64,000 bases of DNA from the human T2T-CHM13v2.0 reference genome, Homo sapiens: the NCBI RefSeq assembly GCF_009914755.1, contig NC_060927.1. One strand, given 5' to 3'. Positions within the stretch are counted from its first letter, which is position 1. Each line of letters begins with the position of its first letter. The notes beneath the pieces were generated by a model that saw only the letters and a program-made list of their open reading frames with translations, was not told the origin of the DNA and ran no database searches. The translations under genes were made by a program, and so were the position numbers. Below, one piece after another: positions 35,956-56,137 of this stretch.

Positions 35956-37219
35956 TCCTTTAATCCATAGTAAATAAGGGTATGTGCACTGTACTGGATG
36001 GAAAGGGAGTCCCTGAGGTAGACAGTCCAGGAGCTGTACTGTGACTGGTGGGCCAGATTGGGCCCATGCGGTGCCTTCAAAAAAAAAAAGGTGATGGGAG
36101 CATTTTTAAATAGAGTAAATGTTAAAGAGCCTAAAAGTTATGGATTGTCACGAAATTTCAGACCTGGAAGCCTTGTATGTATCTTCTCCCAAGCAGCTGA
36201 GTAGCAGATGTCCCTCTAGAGGCAAATATGTGACTTCCCAGCTGCCACCACCCTGTCCCCCTTTCTCTGGAAGGTCTTGGCCTTATCACCTCTGTCTGAG
36301 TAGAGGTACCTGGGAACCATTTGGGGTCTAAACTGTGGCCCCAGGAGATGTGAGCAACTCATCCAACTGGCTTCTCCCTCAGTGGGGGGATACCGTAGAT
36401 GCTGGGTGGATAAAGACTGTTAATCGTGAGCTTAATGTGTTCAGAACTTTATTTGGGATTTCATTTTTCACTGGACTTCATTTTCCCAACTTTGCTCACC
36501 TATTTTCTTTCGAGTCATACAGCCTCAGGCTTGACTTTGGAATGCAGTATCTGACAAACTAGAGAAACCAGCACCCTGGGTTCTACTTTTCCTGATGTTT
36601 TTTCCTGTCCTGTGTCCCTTTCCTGCTGTGAGACGTTTACACAGGTTCTAATGGTGTTGGGTCTTCACTACAGTACAGGAAACACCCTCTTAAAGTGCAG
36701 ACCCTCAGTACCTGACTTGGGAACCTCTGCTCTTTCCTTCACTCCTTCCCATGTTGGTGTTGATACCTTCAGCTTCAAAATTAACACATCCTGATTAGCA
36801 GTTTCAAAAAGACCCTGAAGTGTAAATGGACTCTGAATTCTTGTCTCCATTCTTCCTCTTCCCATCTTCCATCTTTTTTGGGAAAGTCCTCTCACTTTCC
36901 CTTTTACCCATAGCTGGACACAAGGGAAGGCTTTTTTGTTGAATATAAAAGTTGGGTAGATGCACTTTTTCTTTTAAGAAAGGAAAGGAATCTTTTCTCT
37001 TTAATCTGTAAAAAAATACCTAAGAGAAGCTAATACAAGGAGGCAGGACCCATTTCTGAAGGAAGTGCAGGGAAGGGAAGCATACAAAGAACACCTGATC
37101 TTCAGTCTCCCTGATTTTCACAGCCTCTTTGACAGGGTGAAATGACCCTTGAAAGGGCTTAGAATGCCTATACCTCTTTGTAGCAGGCCATTAGGCTGCC
37201 TTTCTTAAAGGTTAACAGC

Positions 37220-39520
37220 CAATAATACAGTAGTGAGTATTGGCAAGGATGTGGAGTAATTGGAACCCTCGTATATGGCTGGCGGGATTGTGAAACGGTA
37301 AAGACAATTGTTGAACACATCTTGACAGTTCATCATAGCGTTAGACATAGAACCCAGCAATGTCAATCTTAAGCACATATCCCTCAACTGAAAACTGGAT
37401 AAACAGCCATAAAAAGGAATGAGGTACTAATGCATGTTATGACATGGGTGAACCTTGAAGTGTTAAGTGAAAGAAGTCAGGCACGTAACTGCACATACAT
37501 GAAATGTCCAGAATAGGCAAATAGGTACAAATAGATATGTGGTTGCCAGGGCCTTGGAGGTTGAGAGGAATTGGCAGTTTTCTTTGTGAAACTCCATAGC
37601 AGCCATGGATATTGAAAGTGCTCTGGAATTGGATAGTGGTTGTCGTTTCACAACTGGTGAAAATACTGGAGATCACTGAACTTTACATATTAAATGTAAA
37701 GTGCATAGATTATGAGAAGGCACAGCAACAAATCAAATTTATATCTGACTGCATTAAAAACTTCCGTTCGGCCGGGTATGGTGGCTCACACCTGTAACGC
37801 CAGCACTTTGGGAGGCCAAGGCGGGCAGATCACGAGATCAGGAGTTCAAGACTAGCCTGGCCAACATGGTGAAACCCCGTCTCTACTAAAAATACAAAAA
37901 TGAGCCAGGCGTGGTGGTGGGCACCTGTAAACCCAGCAACTTGGGAGGCTGAGGCAGGAGAATTGCTTCAACCCAGAGGCAGAGGTTGCAGTGAGCTGGG
38001 ATCACGCCACTGCACCCCAACCTGGGCAACAGAGCAAGACTCTGTCTCAGGGAAAAACAAAACAAAAAATTTCCGTTCAGTGAAGAGGTTTGATTTTCTT
38101 TTCTGACCTCCATACAACTAGCGTGAGCAGCAGTGCAGATGACCTTGAAAAACACGGGTTCCGCATGTGCAAACAAATAGGGATGGAAAACATTTGTGGG
38201 ATGTGAAACTGACCTATGTGGAGGGCTGAATTTGTATCCACGGGTTCCACAGACCATATGGAATACTTGTGTTCCACAGACGAGTGGCTGCGTGGAGTAT
38301 GTGCGGGTTCCACGGAGCGGCCGAATGGAGCATGCGCTCCACTGGTAGCTGCGGGCGGTCCTGAAAGCAATCTCCCGTGGTGCCGAGGGATGGCTGTATT
38401 TCACTGCATCTAAGTGAACTGTTAGATCTCTCTTCACCTCCCATGACCACAGGCAGTATCCTAGTATTCCTGATGGCAGGAAGTGTCATCAGCCTGGATC
38501 TGGGAGAGGCTGACACAAGAGCAGCACGCCAGGCAACCAGGAATGCACATGTGATAAAAATGTATACACTTGTTGTGTGTTTTTTATGTTTTAAAAATTA
38601 GTTCAATGAAGTACAGTAGGGAAATTGTCAATAATTTATTGTAAATTTCAAAATAAAAGATTTGTATTGTTCCTAGCACAAAGATAAATATTTGAGGCGA
38701 TGGATATCCGAAGTACACTGATTTGATAATCACATGTTATACAAGTTTCAAAACTCATATGGACCCCCAAAATATGTCCAACTACTATATATCAATTTTT
38801 AACTTACAAAAATTGAAACTTGAAAAACAACAATATTAAAGAAGCGAAAGCATAAGCCTCAGAATGGGAGAATATAAAGGTATAACTAATAAAGGATTGC
38901 CATCCAGAATATTTAAAGAACTACAATAAGGAAAACATACCCCAATTAAAAACAACGAGGCAAAGGGTGGGGTTAAGTTATTTACCGAGCTCAACTACCC
39001 TAGAACTCAGGGAAATACAGACCAAAGCAACAATAAGATACAATGTTATACTCATCCTTTGGATAGAAATAGGAAAGTCTAATTATAGCAACTGTTGGTG
39101 AGAAATGGGAACTGTCCTACACAGCTGGTGGGAGTGAAAAGGAGTACAACCTGTTTGCAGGGGAATTTGTCAATACCTAGTAAAGGTGAAGATGTACACA
39201 TACACACGGATCCAGTAATTTCACCTCCAAAATATGCTGTGGAGAAATTCTAGCACAAACAACAGCATAAGAAGACTTAAAACAGTCGCTGCCTGGTTGT
39301 CTGGAGTAGGTAATGCCAAGTATCTTGTCAGTGGGGAGATAGAAGAGTACATTTGATATATTTATTCAGTGCAAGTTAAAGTGAATGGGGACGCTACATG
39401 TGTGTAGGTACATCTAAAAATCATTGGGTGAAAGAAGTTCTAGTATGATTTTACAGTATACCTTTTACATAACATTTGAAAAAAAGTACAAAACAAGACT
39501 ACATATTTGCTATAGATTTG
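37220..39520 (+). mobile_element. Old L1M (L1MA/MB/ME-type) fragments
   Basis: ggcaaggatgtggagtaattggaaccctc...catgggtgaaccttga...gtggttgccagg; ctggtgggagtgaaa; typical L1M 3' motifs. Confidence 0.7.
38136..38398 (-). mobile_element. MER8 (Tigger-derived MITE)
   Basis: Ends cagatgaccttgaaaaacacgggtt... and ...ccgagggatggctg-TA resemble the MER8/Tigger3 termini as recalled. Confidence 0.7.
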
Positions 39521-39946
39521 ACTTGTTCGACGAGCATTAAGTGGCTAGGTGGATGGCATGTGGTGGGACTTCTTGCTAGAAGAGGAAGCTGTAAAAGTGA
39601 GCCCAACCAATTTCTTTATGGTTACTAAAAATGCAGGTTGAGCAAGTAGATTAAGAAAGCCTCAGAACTTTGTTTTCCCTCTTCCTCCCTTTATGACTTG
39701 CTCATAAAACATGACAATAGGAGACAAATATGAAAACAATGAGGACAGAAATCTGTGTTTCTAGAAAGAATGGAATGGGTATAAAATGGGTATGAAGCGG
39801 TAAGAAATTGCCTTTCCAGGACAGACAAGCAACTGCCCCCACCTCACCCCCACCAACACTTCCTTTTCCTCAAGACATGTTGAATGTTTTGTTTTCTCTA
39901 CCTTTAACAACCATCTTTGTCCCTAAGTATATAGCAATAGACTTTA

Positions 39947-40313
<367 letters not shown>

Positions 40314-40620
40314 TTAAAATTTAATTAATGAGGACTAGAATAAAACACTGGAAGCATATACTCTGGTGGAATATTCAGACAATTCAACTTTTAGAGACTA
40401 GCATTTTTTTGGTCTAGGTATACTTTACACACAATAAATTTCACACATTTTAGAACACGGTTCTGTGAATTTTGACAAAAACACAATCACATAACCAACA
40501 CAACAAGCACCATCAGGGCAGAAAAGCCAACTTGGCTTCCTAAAGGAGACAGAAACGAATGTCTCGTTAGTTTCATGGTCATTATCCATGAGATTGTAAT
40601 ACATGCTTAACCTGTCAAAA

Positions 40621-42385
40621 TGAGAGGTGACAGCGTGCTGGCAGTCCTCAGAGCCCTCGCTTGCTCTTGGCGCCTCCTCTGCCTGGGTTCCCACTTTGGC
40701 GGCACTTGAGGAGCCCTTCGGCCCGCCGCTGCACTGTGGGAGCCCCTTTCTGGGCTGGCCAAGGCCAGAGCCGGCTCCCTCAGCTTGCAAGGAGGTGTGG
40801 AGGGAGAGGCGCGAGCAGGAACCAGGGCTGCGAGCAGCGCTTGCGGGCCAGCTGGAGTTCTGGGTGGGCGTGGGCTTGGCGGGCCCCGCACTCGGAGCGG
40901 CCCGCCGGCCCTGCCCGCCCCGGGCAGTGAGGGGCTTAGCACCCGGGCCAGCGGCTGCGGAGGGTGTACTGGGTACCCCAGCAGTGCCGGCCCACAGGCG
41001 CTGCGCTCAATTTCTCGCCGGGCCTTAGCTGCTTTCTCACGGGGCAGGCCTCGGGACTGCAGCCCGCCATGCCTGAGCCTTCCCCCGCCTCCATGGGTTC
41101 CTGTGCAGCCCGAGCTTCCCCGACGAATGCCGCCCCCTGCTCCACGGCGCCCAGTCCCATCGACCGCCCAAGAGCTGAGGAGTGCGAGCGCATGGCGCGG
41201 GACTGGCAGGCAGCTCCACCTGCAGGCAGCTCCACCTGCAGCAACCCCCTGCGGGATCCACTGGGTGAAGCCAGCTGGGCTCCTGAGTCTGGTGGGGACG
41301 TGGAAAGTCTTTATATCCAGCTCAGGGATTGTAAACACACCAATCAGCACCCTGTGTTTAGCTCAAGGTTTGTGAATGCACCAATCGGCACTCTGTATCT
41401 AGCTGCCCTGGTGGGGAGGTGGAGAACCTTTATGTCTAGCTCAGGGATTGTAAATACACCAATCAGCACCCTGTGTTTAGCTCAAGGTTTGTGAGTGCAC
41501 CAATCGACACTCTGTATCTAGCTGCTCTGGTGGGGCCTTGGAGAACATTTATGTCTAGCTCAGGGATTGTAAATACACCAATCAGCACCCTGTGAGTGCA
41601 CCAATCGACACTCTGTATCTAGCTGCTCTGGTGGGGCCTTGGAGAACCTTTATGTCTAACTCAGGGATTGTAAATACACCAATTGGCACTCTGTATCTAG
41701 CTCAAGGTTTGTAAACACACCAATCAGCACCCTGTGTTTAGCTCAAGGTTTGTGAATGCACCAATCGACACTCTGTATCTAGCTGCTCTGGTGGGGCCTT
41801 GGAGAACCTGTGTGTGGAAACTCTGTATCTAACTAATCTGATGGGGATGTGGAGAACCTTTGTATCTAGCTCAGGGATTGTAAACGCACCAATCAGTGCC
41901 CTGACAAAACAGGCCACTGGGCTCTACCAATCAGCAGGATGTGGGTGGGGCCAGATAAGAGAATAAAAGCAGGCTGCTTGGGTCACCTTCCACAGTGTGG
42001 AAGGTTTGTTCTTTTGCTCTTTGCAATAAATATTGCTACTGCTCGCTTTTTGGGTCCACGCTGCTTTTATGAGCTGTAACATTCACTGTGAAGATCTGCA
42101 ACTTCACTCTTGAGCCCAGCAAGACCACGAGCCCCCCCCAGGAGGAATGAACAAGTCCAGACGCGGTACCTCAAGAGCTGTAACGCTCACCGCAAAGGTC
42201 TGCAGCTTCACTCCTGAACCAGTGAGACCACAAACCCACCAGAAAGAACAAACTCCAAACACATCTAAATATCAGAAGGGACAGACTCCAGACTCACCAT
42301 CTTAAGAGCTGTAACACTCACCGCGAGGGTCTGCGGCTTCATTGTTAAAGTCAGTGAGACCAAGAACCCGCCGATTCCGGACACA
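40621..42385 (+). mobile_element. Solo LTR12 (ERV9 LTR, LTR12C-like)
   Basis: Starts tgagaggtgacagcgtgctggcag and ends ccgattccggacaca. CpG-rich 5' U3, tandem CCAAT/TATCT repeats 41310-41935, AATAAAA TATA-like element 41962, poly(A) AATAAA 42025, U5 repeats (aagagctgtaac). Imperfect 4-bp TSD aaaa/agaa. Confidence 0.95.
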
Positions 42386-42643
42386 AGAATGTTATCATTT
42401 TTACAAAATGATTGGTCTTTATTGTTAAACTATCATTGTCAATAAAACAAAGTTCCAGATTTAAAAAGACCAAAGAGAGAGAAAAAAGACAAAAAGGACA
42501 TGGCAACCAGTGCAATACTGTACATAATCTTGCTAAAAGAACCATTTATGGCCAGGCGCGGAGGCTCATGCCTGTAATCCCAGCACTTTGGGAGGCCGAG
42601 GCGGGTGGATCACGAGGTCAGGAGATTGAGACCATTCTGATTA

Positions 42644-42872
<229 letters not shown>

Positions 42873-43146
42873 TTAGATATGTGTTGTGTCAATATTAAAT
42901 TTCCTAAATTTGATGTATTTAATGGTTATGTAAGATCTTTTTATGAAGATTTAAAAGAGCATGATGAATGCATCCTACTCTCAAGTGATTAAGAAAAAAA
43001 GTATATATAGATATACAGGAAGAGAGAAGGAAGGAGAGAGAAAAGAAGACAGTGATGAAGCATATATGGCAAAATGTTAAAAACTGGTAAATCGGGATAA
43101 GTGGGATATTGAAATCCTTTATACTATTTCTGCAACTCTTCTATAA

Positions 43147-43503
<357 letters not shown>

Positions 43504-43726
43504 TAGTACTTTTAAAAAAACGTTTTTCTGTTTTTTTGTGTGTGCTTTTTTGTTTGTTTGTTTTTTTGAGATGGAGTTTCACTCTTGTTTTCCAGGCTGG
43601 AGTGTAGTAGCGTGATCTTGGCTCACTGCAACCTCTGCCTCCTGGGTTGAAGCCATTCTCCTGCCGCAGCCTCCCGAGTAGCTGGGATTACAAGCGCCCG
43701 CCACCACGCCTGGCTAATTTTTCTAA

Positions 43727-43855
<129 letters not shown>

Positions 43856-44319
43856 TAACTGGTACTTATATACTCATCAGTGCCAGTTCCTTAGAACACT
43901 AACACCATTAATCAGCGTTCTTTGACTTAGATATCTTTGTTGAGTGTATTTTAATATTCTCTATGTTTTTAGAACCCACATAACATTACAATTGTTTTAT
44001 ACAGTCAATATCCATTTAGGTCAACCCACATATTTACCCCATTCTTTTTTCTTCATGCCTTCCTGCAACTTTGAGCTGCCTTTTGGGATCATTTCTTTCT
44101 GCCTGAAGAATACTCTTCAGTTATTTTCTTTAGCAAGCTCCATTGATGATGAATCTTCTCATTTTTCCATGTCTGAAAATGCCTGTATTTCACCTTTAAT
44201 CTTGTAGACATTTTAGCTGGACATATAATTCTAGGTTGAAATTTATTTTCTTTCAGCCTTTTTTAAAATTAAATTTTCGGTTGGGCTTGGTGGCTAATGC
44301 CTGTAATCCCAACACTTTA

Positions 44320-44580
<261 letters not shown>

Positions 44581-44780
44581 TTATTGTGGTAAAATATACA
44601 TAATAGGCTGGGTGTGGTGGCTCACGCCTGTAATCCCAGCACTTTGGGAGGCTGAGGCAGGCGGATCACCTGAGGTCGGGAGTTGGAGACCAGTCTGACC
44701 AATATGGAGAAACCCCATCTCTACTAAAACTACAACATTAGCCAGGCATGGTGGCGCAGGCCTGTAATCCCAGCTACTCA

Positions 44781-44885
<105 letters not shown>

Positions 44886-44894
44886 TCAAAAAAA

Positions 44895-44901
<7 letters not shown>

Positions 44902-44952
<51 letters not shown>
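44902..44952 (+). repeat. (TA)n microsatellite
   Basis: ~25 TA units after an Alu tail. Confidence 0.95.
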
Positions 44953-44957
<5 letters not shown>

Positions 44958-44977
44958 TACCATTTTAGGCATTTTAA

Positions 44978-45514
<537 letters not shown>

Positions 45515-45550
45515 TGATTTCTTTTTATTTATCCTGCTTTGGATTCTTAG

Positions 45551-45868
<318 letters not shown>

Positions 45869-46571
45869 TGATCTGCCCACCTCGGCCTTCCAAAGTGCTG
45901 GGATTACAGACGTGAGCCACCGTGCCTGGCCTCCTATTTTCACTTCTCATAAATCATTTTTGTCTCACTGAATTTTCCATCTTTTCCAAAATTTACTTTT
46001 TTTGAGTCAGTCTTGCTCCATCATCCAGCCTGGAATGCAGTGGCATGATCACAGCTCACTCCAGCCTCAACCTTCTGAGCTCAAGCAATACTCTGCCTCA
46101 GCCTCCCCAGAATAGCTGGGACTATATGCACATGCCACCATGCCCTACTAATTTTTTAATTTGTTGGTAGAGATGGGGTCTTGCCATATTTTCCAGGCTG
46201 GTGTTGAACTCCTGGGCTCAAGGGATTCCTCCCACCTCAGCCTCCCAAAGTGCTGGAATTACAGGCTTGAGCTACCATGCCCAGCCCAAAATGTACTTTT
46301 GAATTTTCCACATTTTTTATTTTTCTGAGCTTTATTCTTGGATTTTTTTTTTTCTTCGAGACAAGACCTCACCCTATTGCCCAGGCTGGACTGCAGGGTC
46401 ACAATCATTGCTCAACCTCCCAGGCTCAAGTGATCCTCCCACCTTTCAGCCTCCCAAGTAGCTGGGACTACAGGTTTGTGCCACCATGCCCAGGTAATTA
46501 TTGTCTTTTTTTGTGGAGAAGAGGTTTTGCCATGTTGCCCAGGCTGGTCTCAAACTCTTGGCCTCAAGTGA

Positions 46572-46957
<386 letters not shown>

Positions 46958-47539
46958 TAAACCTATGTTCCAGTTCACAAAAATCTCTCTTCATTTGTGT
47001 CTAATCTGCTGTTAAACCCATCCCTTTGGTTTTTAATTTTGATTTTTATATTTTTCAGTTATTGAAAGTTTAGTCTACTGAATGTGGCTTTTGTTGCAAA
47101 GAAAAGAATAAAAAAATTAAAAATAAATAAAAAAGGAAGTTTAATCTGTTATATCCTCTTACAGGTTCAAGTTCTCTGAAATTCTAAATTGTGTCTCTGA
47201 TCTCTTTAAATGTATTAGGTGTAGTTATGTAAAAGTGTTTGATAATTTTTGTTTGTTTCTTTGTTTGTTTGTTTGTTTTTGAGACGGAGTCTTGCTGTGT
47301 TGCCAAAGCTGGTGCATTCTCGGCTCACTGCACGTCTGCCTCGCGGGTTCAAGCGATTCTTCTGCCTCAGCCTCCAGAGTAGTTGGGACTACAGGCACCA
47401 TGTAGTGCCACCATGACTGGCTAATTTTTGTATTTTTAGTAGAGACGGGGTTTCACCATGTTGGCCAGGCTGGTCTCGAACTTCTGACCTCGTGATCTGC
47501 CCGCCTCAGCCTCCCCAAGTGCTGAGATTACAGGCCTGA

Positions 47540-47830
<291 letters not shown>

Positions 47831-48496
47831 TAGCCAGGCTGGTCTTGAACTTCTGACCTCAAGTAATCCACCTGCCTCGGCCTCCCAAAGTGCTGGGATC
47901 ACAGGTGTGAGCCACTGCGCCGGCCCTATTTCTTTGTGTGCTTGGTCACTTTGTGTTAGATATTGTATTTCAAAACCTGTTTGGAGGCATTGTTTGAATC
48001 ATAAAATAGTGTCATCTTTCTCTAGACTAGGCTAGAGAGTCAGAAAGTCTCACCAGACACCTTGGGCACTAACAGTGGGGATCACCAGTTTTTGGGGCTT
48101 GAGATGATTTGGAGCTGGCTTCAGATCCGTGAGACCTGGTCTACTTTAATGCTACAGGGCAGCTCTTCAGAGTGCAAACTCAAAGTTAAGGGTGTTTACC
48201 AGGCATACCTTCCTCTAGAGGCCCCGGACTCTGACTTTTGTCCTTTTAGCCGTACAGGTAGTCAAAAGAGCAAAAAGCCTCTTGGCTACCTCTTGAATAA
48301 TTGACAAAGCTCCCAAAGAGCTGAGTTAAACTTCTGGATTCCTGTTTTTTCTAAGTTCTAATAATTCTTCAGTAGTTAGTTAACTCACTGAGGCCTTCAG
48401 TGGGATGTTTTCAGTATTTTTTCAGCTTTTTTAGTTGTTCTAAGAAGATTGTCAGTTGTTCCACTAGGGGGAAAAGAAAGGAGAGAAAAAAATTTA

Positions 48497-48763
<267 letters not shown>

Positions 48764-48944
48764 TTAAAAAAAAAAAAGTGTTTAATAAAATTTATTTCTT
48801 GAAGCTTATTTTTGTCTGTTCATTGGGATATTGTTTCCCAGAGCTCTTTTCTGGACCACTCTCACTGAGGAGTCTCCTCAGTAGTTCTGCCTTTGATGCT
48901 ATTGTCCTTTTTCATATAAATCTGTGGGCTTAATTTTCTCATTA

Positions 48945-49006
48945 TTTCATTTGATATGATTTGATTTGATATGATTTGATATCATTTGATATGATTTGAC
49001 ATGATT
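48945..49006 (+). repeat. (ATTTG/ATATG)n pentanucleotide repeat
   Basis: catttgatatgatttgatttgatatg... Confidence 0.9.
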
Positions 49007-49455
49007 TCTTAGTGCCCTCTCAATAACAAATGTTTCTTGCATTCAGGGTGAAGGGTGAATATTAGATGGTGTGGGAGGTAAACTGCATTCATAGACATAA
49101 GCAAAGCCAGATGGTCCATTTGGAGACTGAACTTGTGGCTGACCTCTAGCAGTTTCACACACAAGCTGGGGCCATGTTCCTACTTGCAAAATGATTTGTG
49201 GTGTGTTCGCTCATTCCTTCTAAATCTTCATATTTGTGAAGAGTGGTAAGTTAGTTTGGGCATTATCTAGGACATTCTGATCATTAGATTTTCCAGTAAT
49301 GGAAGATCGGAAAAAAGTTCACTAGAGTCCATTTTGCTAAGTCTCTTTCTGACAATTTAAAACAAATTACTGTCTTCTCAGTTAACTTACCATTTCCAGT
49401 GTTGATCTTTCTTTTTTCTCTCAACAAGACTGTGGTTTTTTGTTGTTGTTGTTAA

Positions 49456-49846
<391 letters not shown>

Positions 49847-50741
49847 TAAGTTTTTCTAGATACAGGGTCTTGCTATGTTGCCCAGGCTGGTCTTGAACTT
49901 TGGCCTCAAGTAACCCTCCTGCCTCAGCCTCCCAAAGTGCTGAAATCACAGGCATGAGCCACATTTCCAGCAGTTTTGTTTTTTGAAAGCAGGGTTATGG
50001 CTTATATTTATTCTTGATTCTCTATTCTTAGCCTAGTGGCAGAATGAAGGCTGTCCTGGAAGAAGTGAGGAGGTTGGGAAAGGAACTCTTTTGTAGGGAG
50101 GAAGAAGACATATGGAGTGGAGTTTGGGCTGGGTTTGGAACCTGATACTTTCTGCAATATTGACAAATGTGAATAAGACCTTTTTAGTCAAAAGTCATAC
50201 AGACACATGGTTTGGCTGGGTAGTCACATGCTTTTGCCTGTTGAGTTTTGTGACGTGAATGTGTTTTCTGCTGAACCAACCCCTTGAGGCCTGCTAAAAC
50301 AGGTGACTCAAAAACAACTTTGTTTTCTTGGGTGGAGTAATTTCCTGGTGTTTTTCTCAAAAGTTGTCAACTTTTATTTTAGTGATGGAGGCCAATCTTG
50401 ACAACTTTTATGGTCAGGCATTCTCAATATGTTTTAAAATGGGTTTCAGGCAAGGTGTGGTGGCTCATGCATGTAATCTCAGCACTTTGGGAGGCTGAGG
50501 CGGGAGCATCACTTGAGGCCAGGATTTTGAGACCAGCATGGGTAACATAGCAAGACCCCATCTCTTCAAAAAAATGAAAAAATTAGCTGGGTGTGGTGGA
50601 ACAAGCCTCTAGTTCTAGCTACTCAGGGGGCTGAGATGGGAAGATTGCCTGTGCCAGGAAGTCCAGGATACAGTGGGCTGTGATAGTGCTACTGTACTCC
50701 AGCTGGGTGACAGAGTGAGACCTTGCTTACAAAAAATTTAA

Positions 50742-50975
<234 letters not shown>

Positions 50976-51024
50976 TGATTACAGGCGTGAGCCACCGTGA
51001 CTGGCCAAAACAATTTTTAAATTA

Positions 51025-51417
<393 letters not shown>

Positions 51418-51488
51418 CTAAAGACAGGCCAGGCGCAGTGGCTCATGCCTGTAATCCCAGCCCTTTGGGAGGCCGAGGCAGGAGTTCA

Positions 51489-51710
<222 letters not shown>

Positions 51711-52475
51711 CTAAAGACAGTATTTTCTTTGGACTGAATTAACTGGCACTAATCTGAAAATTTTAACTTTTTACACTATGTCCTAGCCAGAGGGAGAACC
51801 TATTGTACAGGGAGATTTCAACAGCAGCATGGACCACCTTTTGCCAGATGAGGCACTGGTTATCTGTGTGGGGCTGGCACTGGGATGAGTACTTAGTGAG
51901 AATGGGGTAGAGTGGGGTGGAGACTGAAACACGGCCTCTAATCTGGACTCAGCAATCTCCTTTTGAGGTTTGGCAACTCGGTTTAGGAATGTGCCCACAA
52001 CTTTAAGGTTTGTGATGGGAATGAGAAGAGAAGGGGTGAGGGACCCACCCAGAATACAGTGTTCCACGTCCCTCATGCAAAGAAGGGCTGGGCAGGTGCC
52101 AGCATGTCAAGGTTCCCAGCCAATTCTGGCAGATTCTCTGAGAGACAAGCTCTGTCGTGATTCCAGCACCACCCATTATTGCTACATCTTCCACACAACA
52201 TGTCTCCTGAAAACATCTCCCTCCAGGACATTGTTCCAAAAGCAAGGCCAAGACGCAGGCAGAAGTCCACTTCTGAGGAATGAGAACGCATGCTGGAGAC
52301 AGAGCAATACCCCGGTGTGTGCCTCTTGTGAGTGGGGCAATTTGCCCAGTTGAGAAACAGGCCAATTAACCACCCTTGGTATTTGAAGAGCCACTCCTTA
52401 CTCATCTGGGTTCTTTTCTGCTTTAAGTATTTTTATTCTTGATCGTGCCAGACAGGCATGTGTGTTTGCACCTAA

Positions 52476-52853
<378 letters not shown>

Positions 52854-53372
52854 TAGAACTACAGGCATGTGCCACCATGCCTGGCTAGCTTTTGTATTTT
52901 TAGTAGAGACGGGGTTTCACCGTATTGGCCAGGCTGGTCTCGAACTCCTGACCTCATGATCTGCCTGCCTTGGCCTCCCAAAGTGCTGGGATTACAGGCA
53001 TGGGTGACCTCGCCCAGAGAACATTTCTTTTTCTTTCTCTTTTTTTTTTTTTTTGAGACAGAGTTTCACTCTGTTGCCCAGGCTGGAGTACAATGACGGG
53101 ATCTCGGCTCACCCCAGCCTCCACCTCCCCAGTTCAAGCAATTCTCCTGCCTCAGCCTCCTGAGTAGCTGGGATTATAGGCATGTGCCACCATGCCCAGC
53201 TAATTTTGTATTTTTAGTCAAGACGGGTTTTCTCCGTTTTGGTCAGGCTGGTCTCAAACTCCCGACCTCAGGTGATTCGCCCACCTTGGCCTCCCAAAGT
53301 GCAGGGATAACAGGCATGAGCCACTGTGCCCGGCCTCTTTCTCATTTTTATTAGCAGTTATCACTAGCTTGA

Positions 53373-53650
<278 letters not shown>

Positions 53651-53911
53651 TAACCTGGGGTTACAGGTGTGAGCCACCTCGCCTGGCTTATCGTTTTTTA
53701 CCTCTTCCTCATTGAGCTCATTCACTGCTGTATTCACATTGCCTAAAACAGTGTCCAGTATGGAATAAACGCTCGATACATATTTGAAGAATAAATGAAC
53801 AAATCTATGTAAGATATTTGTAATTTAGTAAGCAATACAAATTTAACGAATTATGCTTTTATTTATTTATTTTATTTTTAAATTTTATGTATTTATTTAT
53901 TTATTTTTTGA

Positions 53912-54016
<105 letters not shown>

Positions 54017-54501
54017 TGAGTAGCTGAGATTACAGGCACCCGCCACCATGCCCAGATAATTTTCTTGTATTTTTAGTAGAGACAGAGTTTCACCATGTTG
54101 GCCAGGCTGGTCTCGAACTCCTGACCTCGTGATCCACCCCTTTTGGCCTCCCAAAGTGCTGGGATTACAGGCGTGAGCCACCACGCCCGGCCTTAAAAGT
54201 GTTTTTATCAGGAAGTGTTCCCAGAAAAACACTTTAAGGAAGTAGTGACATAAGAAAAGAAGGAGAGGCCAGACGCCGTAACTCACACCTGTAATCCCAG
54301 CACGTTGGGAGGCTGAGGCTGGGATAATTTGAACCCAGGAGTTTGATACTAGCTTGGGCAACATAATGAGACCCCATCTCTACAAAAAAAAATTTTTTTT
54401 AATTGGCTGGTCATGGTGGCACACCCTTGTAGTCCCAGCGTTCGAGAGGCTGGGTGGGGAGGATCACTTGAGCCCAGGAGGGAGGAGGGAGTCTGCAATG
54501 A

Positions 54502-55083
<582 letters not shown>

Positions 55084-55159
55084 TAAGGGGGCTGGGATGA
55101 GTGAAACGTTGGAAGACTGGTTCTATTGCAGGTGCAGGAGGCCAAGGTGAGGGATGAAC

Positions 55160-56137
<978 letters not shown>

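Noticed and set aside
40425-41494. Overlapping 120-247 aa ORFs
   Set aside because: Arise from the GC-rich U3 of LTR12; low complexity, no domain.
41310-41935. Repeat-spacer-like array resembling CRISPR
   Set aside because: These are the tandem CCAAT/GATA enhancer repeats of the ERV9 LTR; no unique spacers, and the DNA is human.
48461-48474. CCACTAGGGGGAAA as a CTCF site
   Set aside because: Lacks the conserved GGC(G/A) 3' part of the motif.
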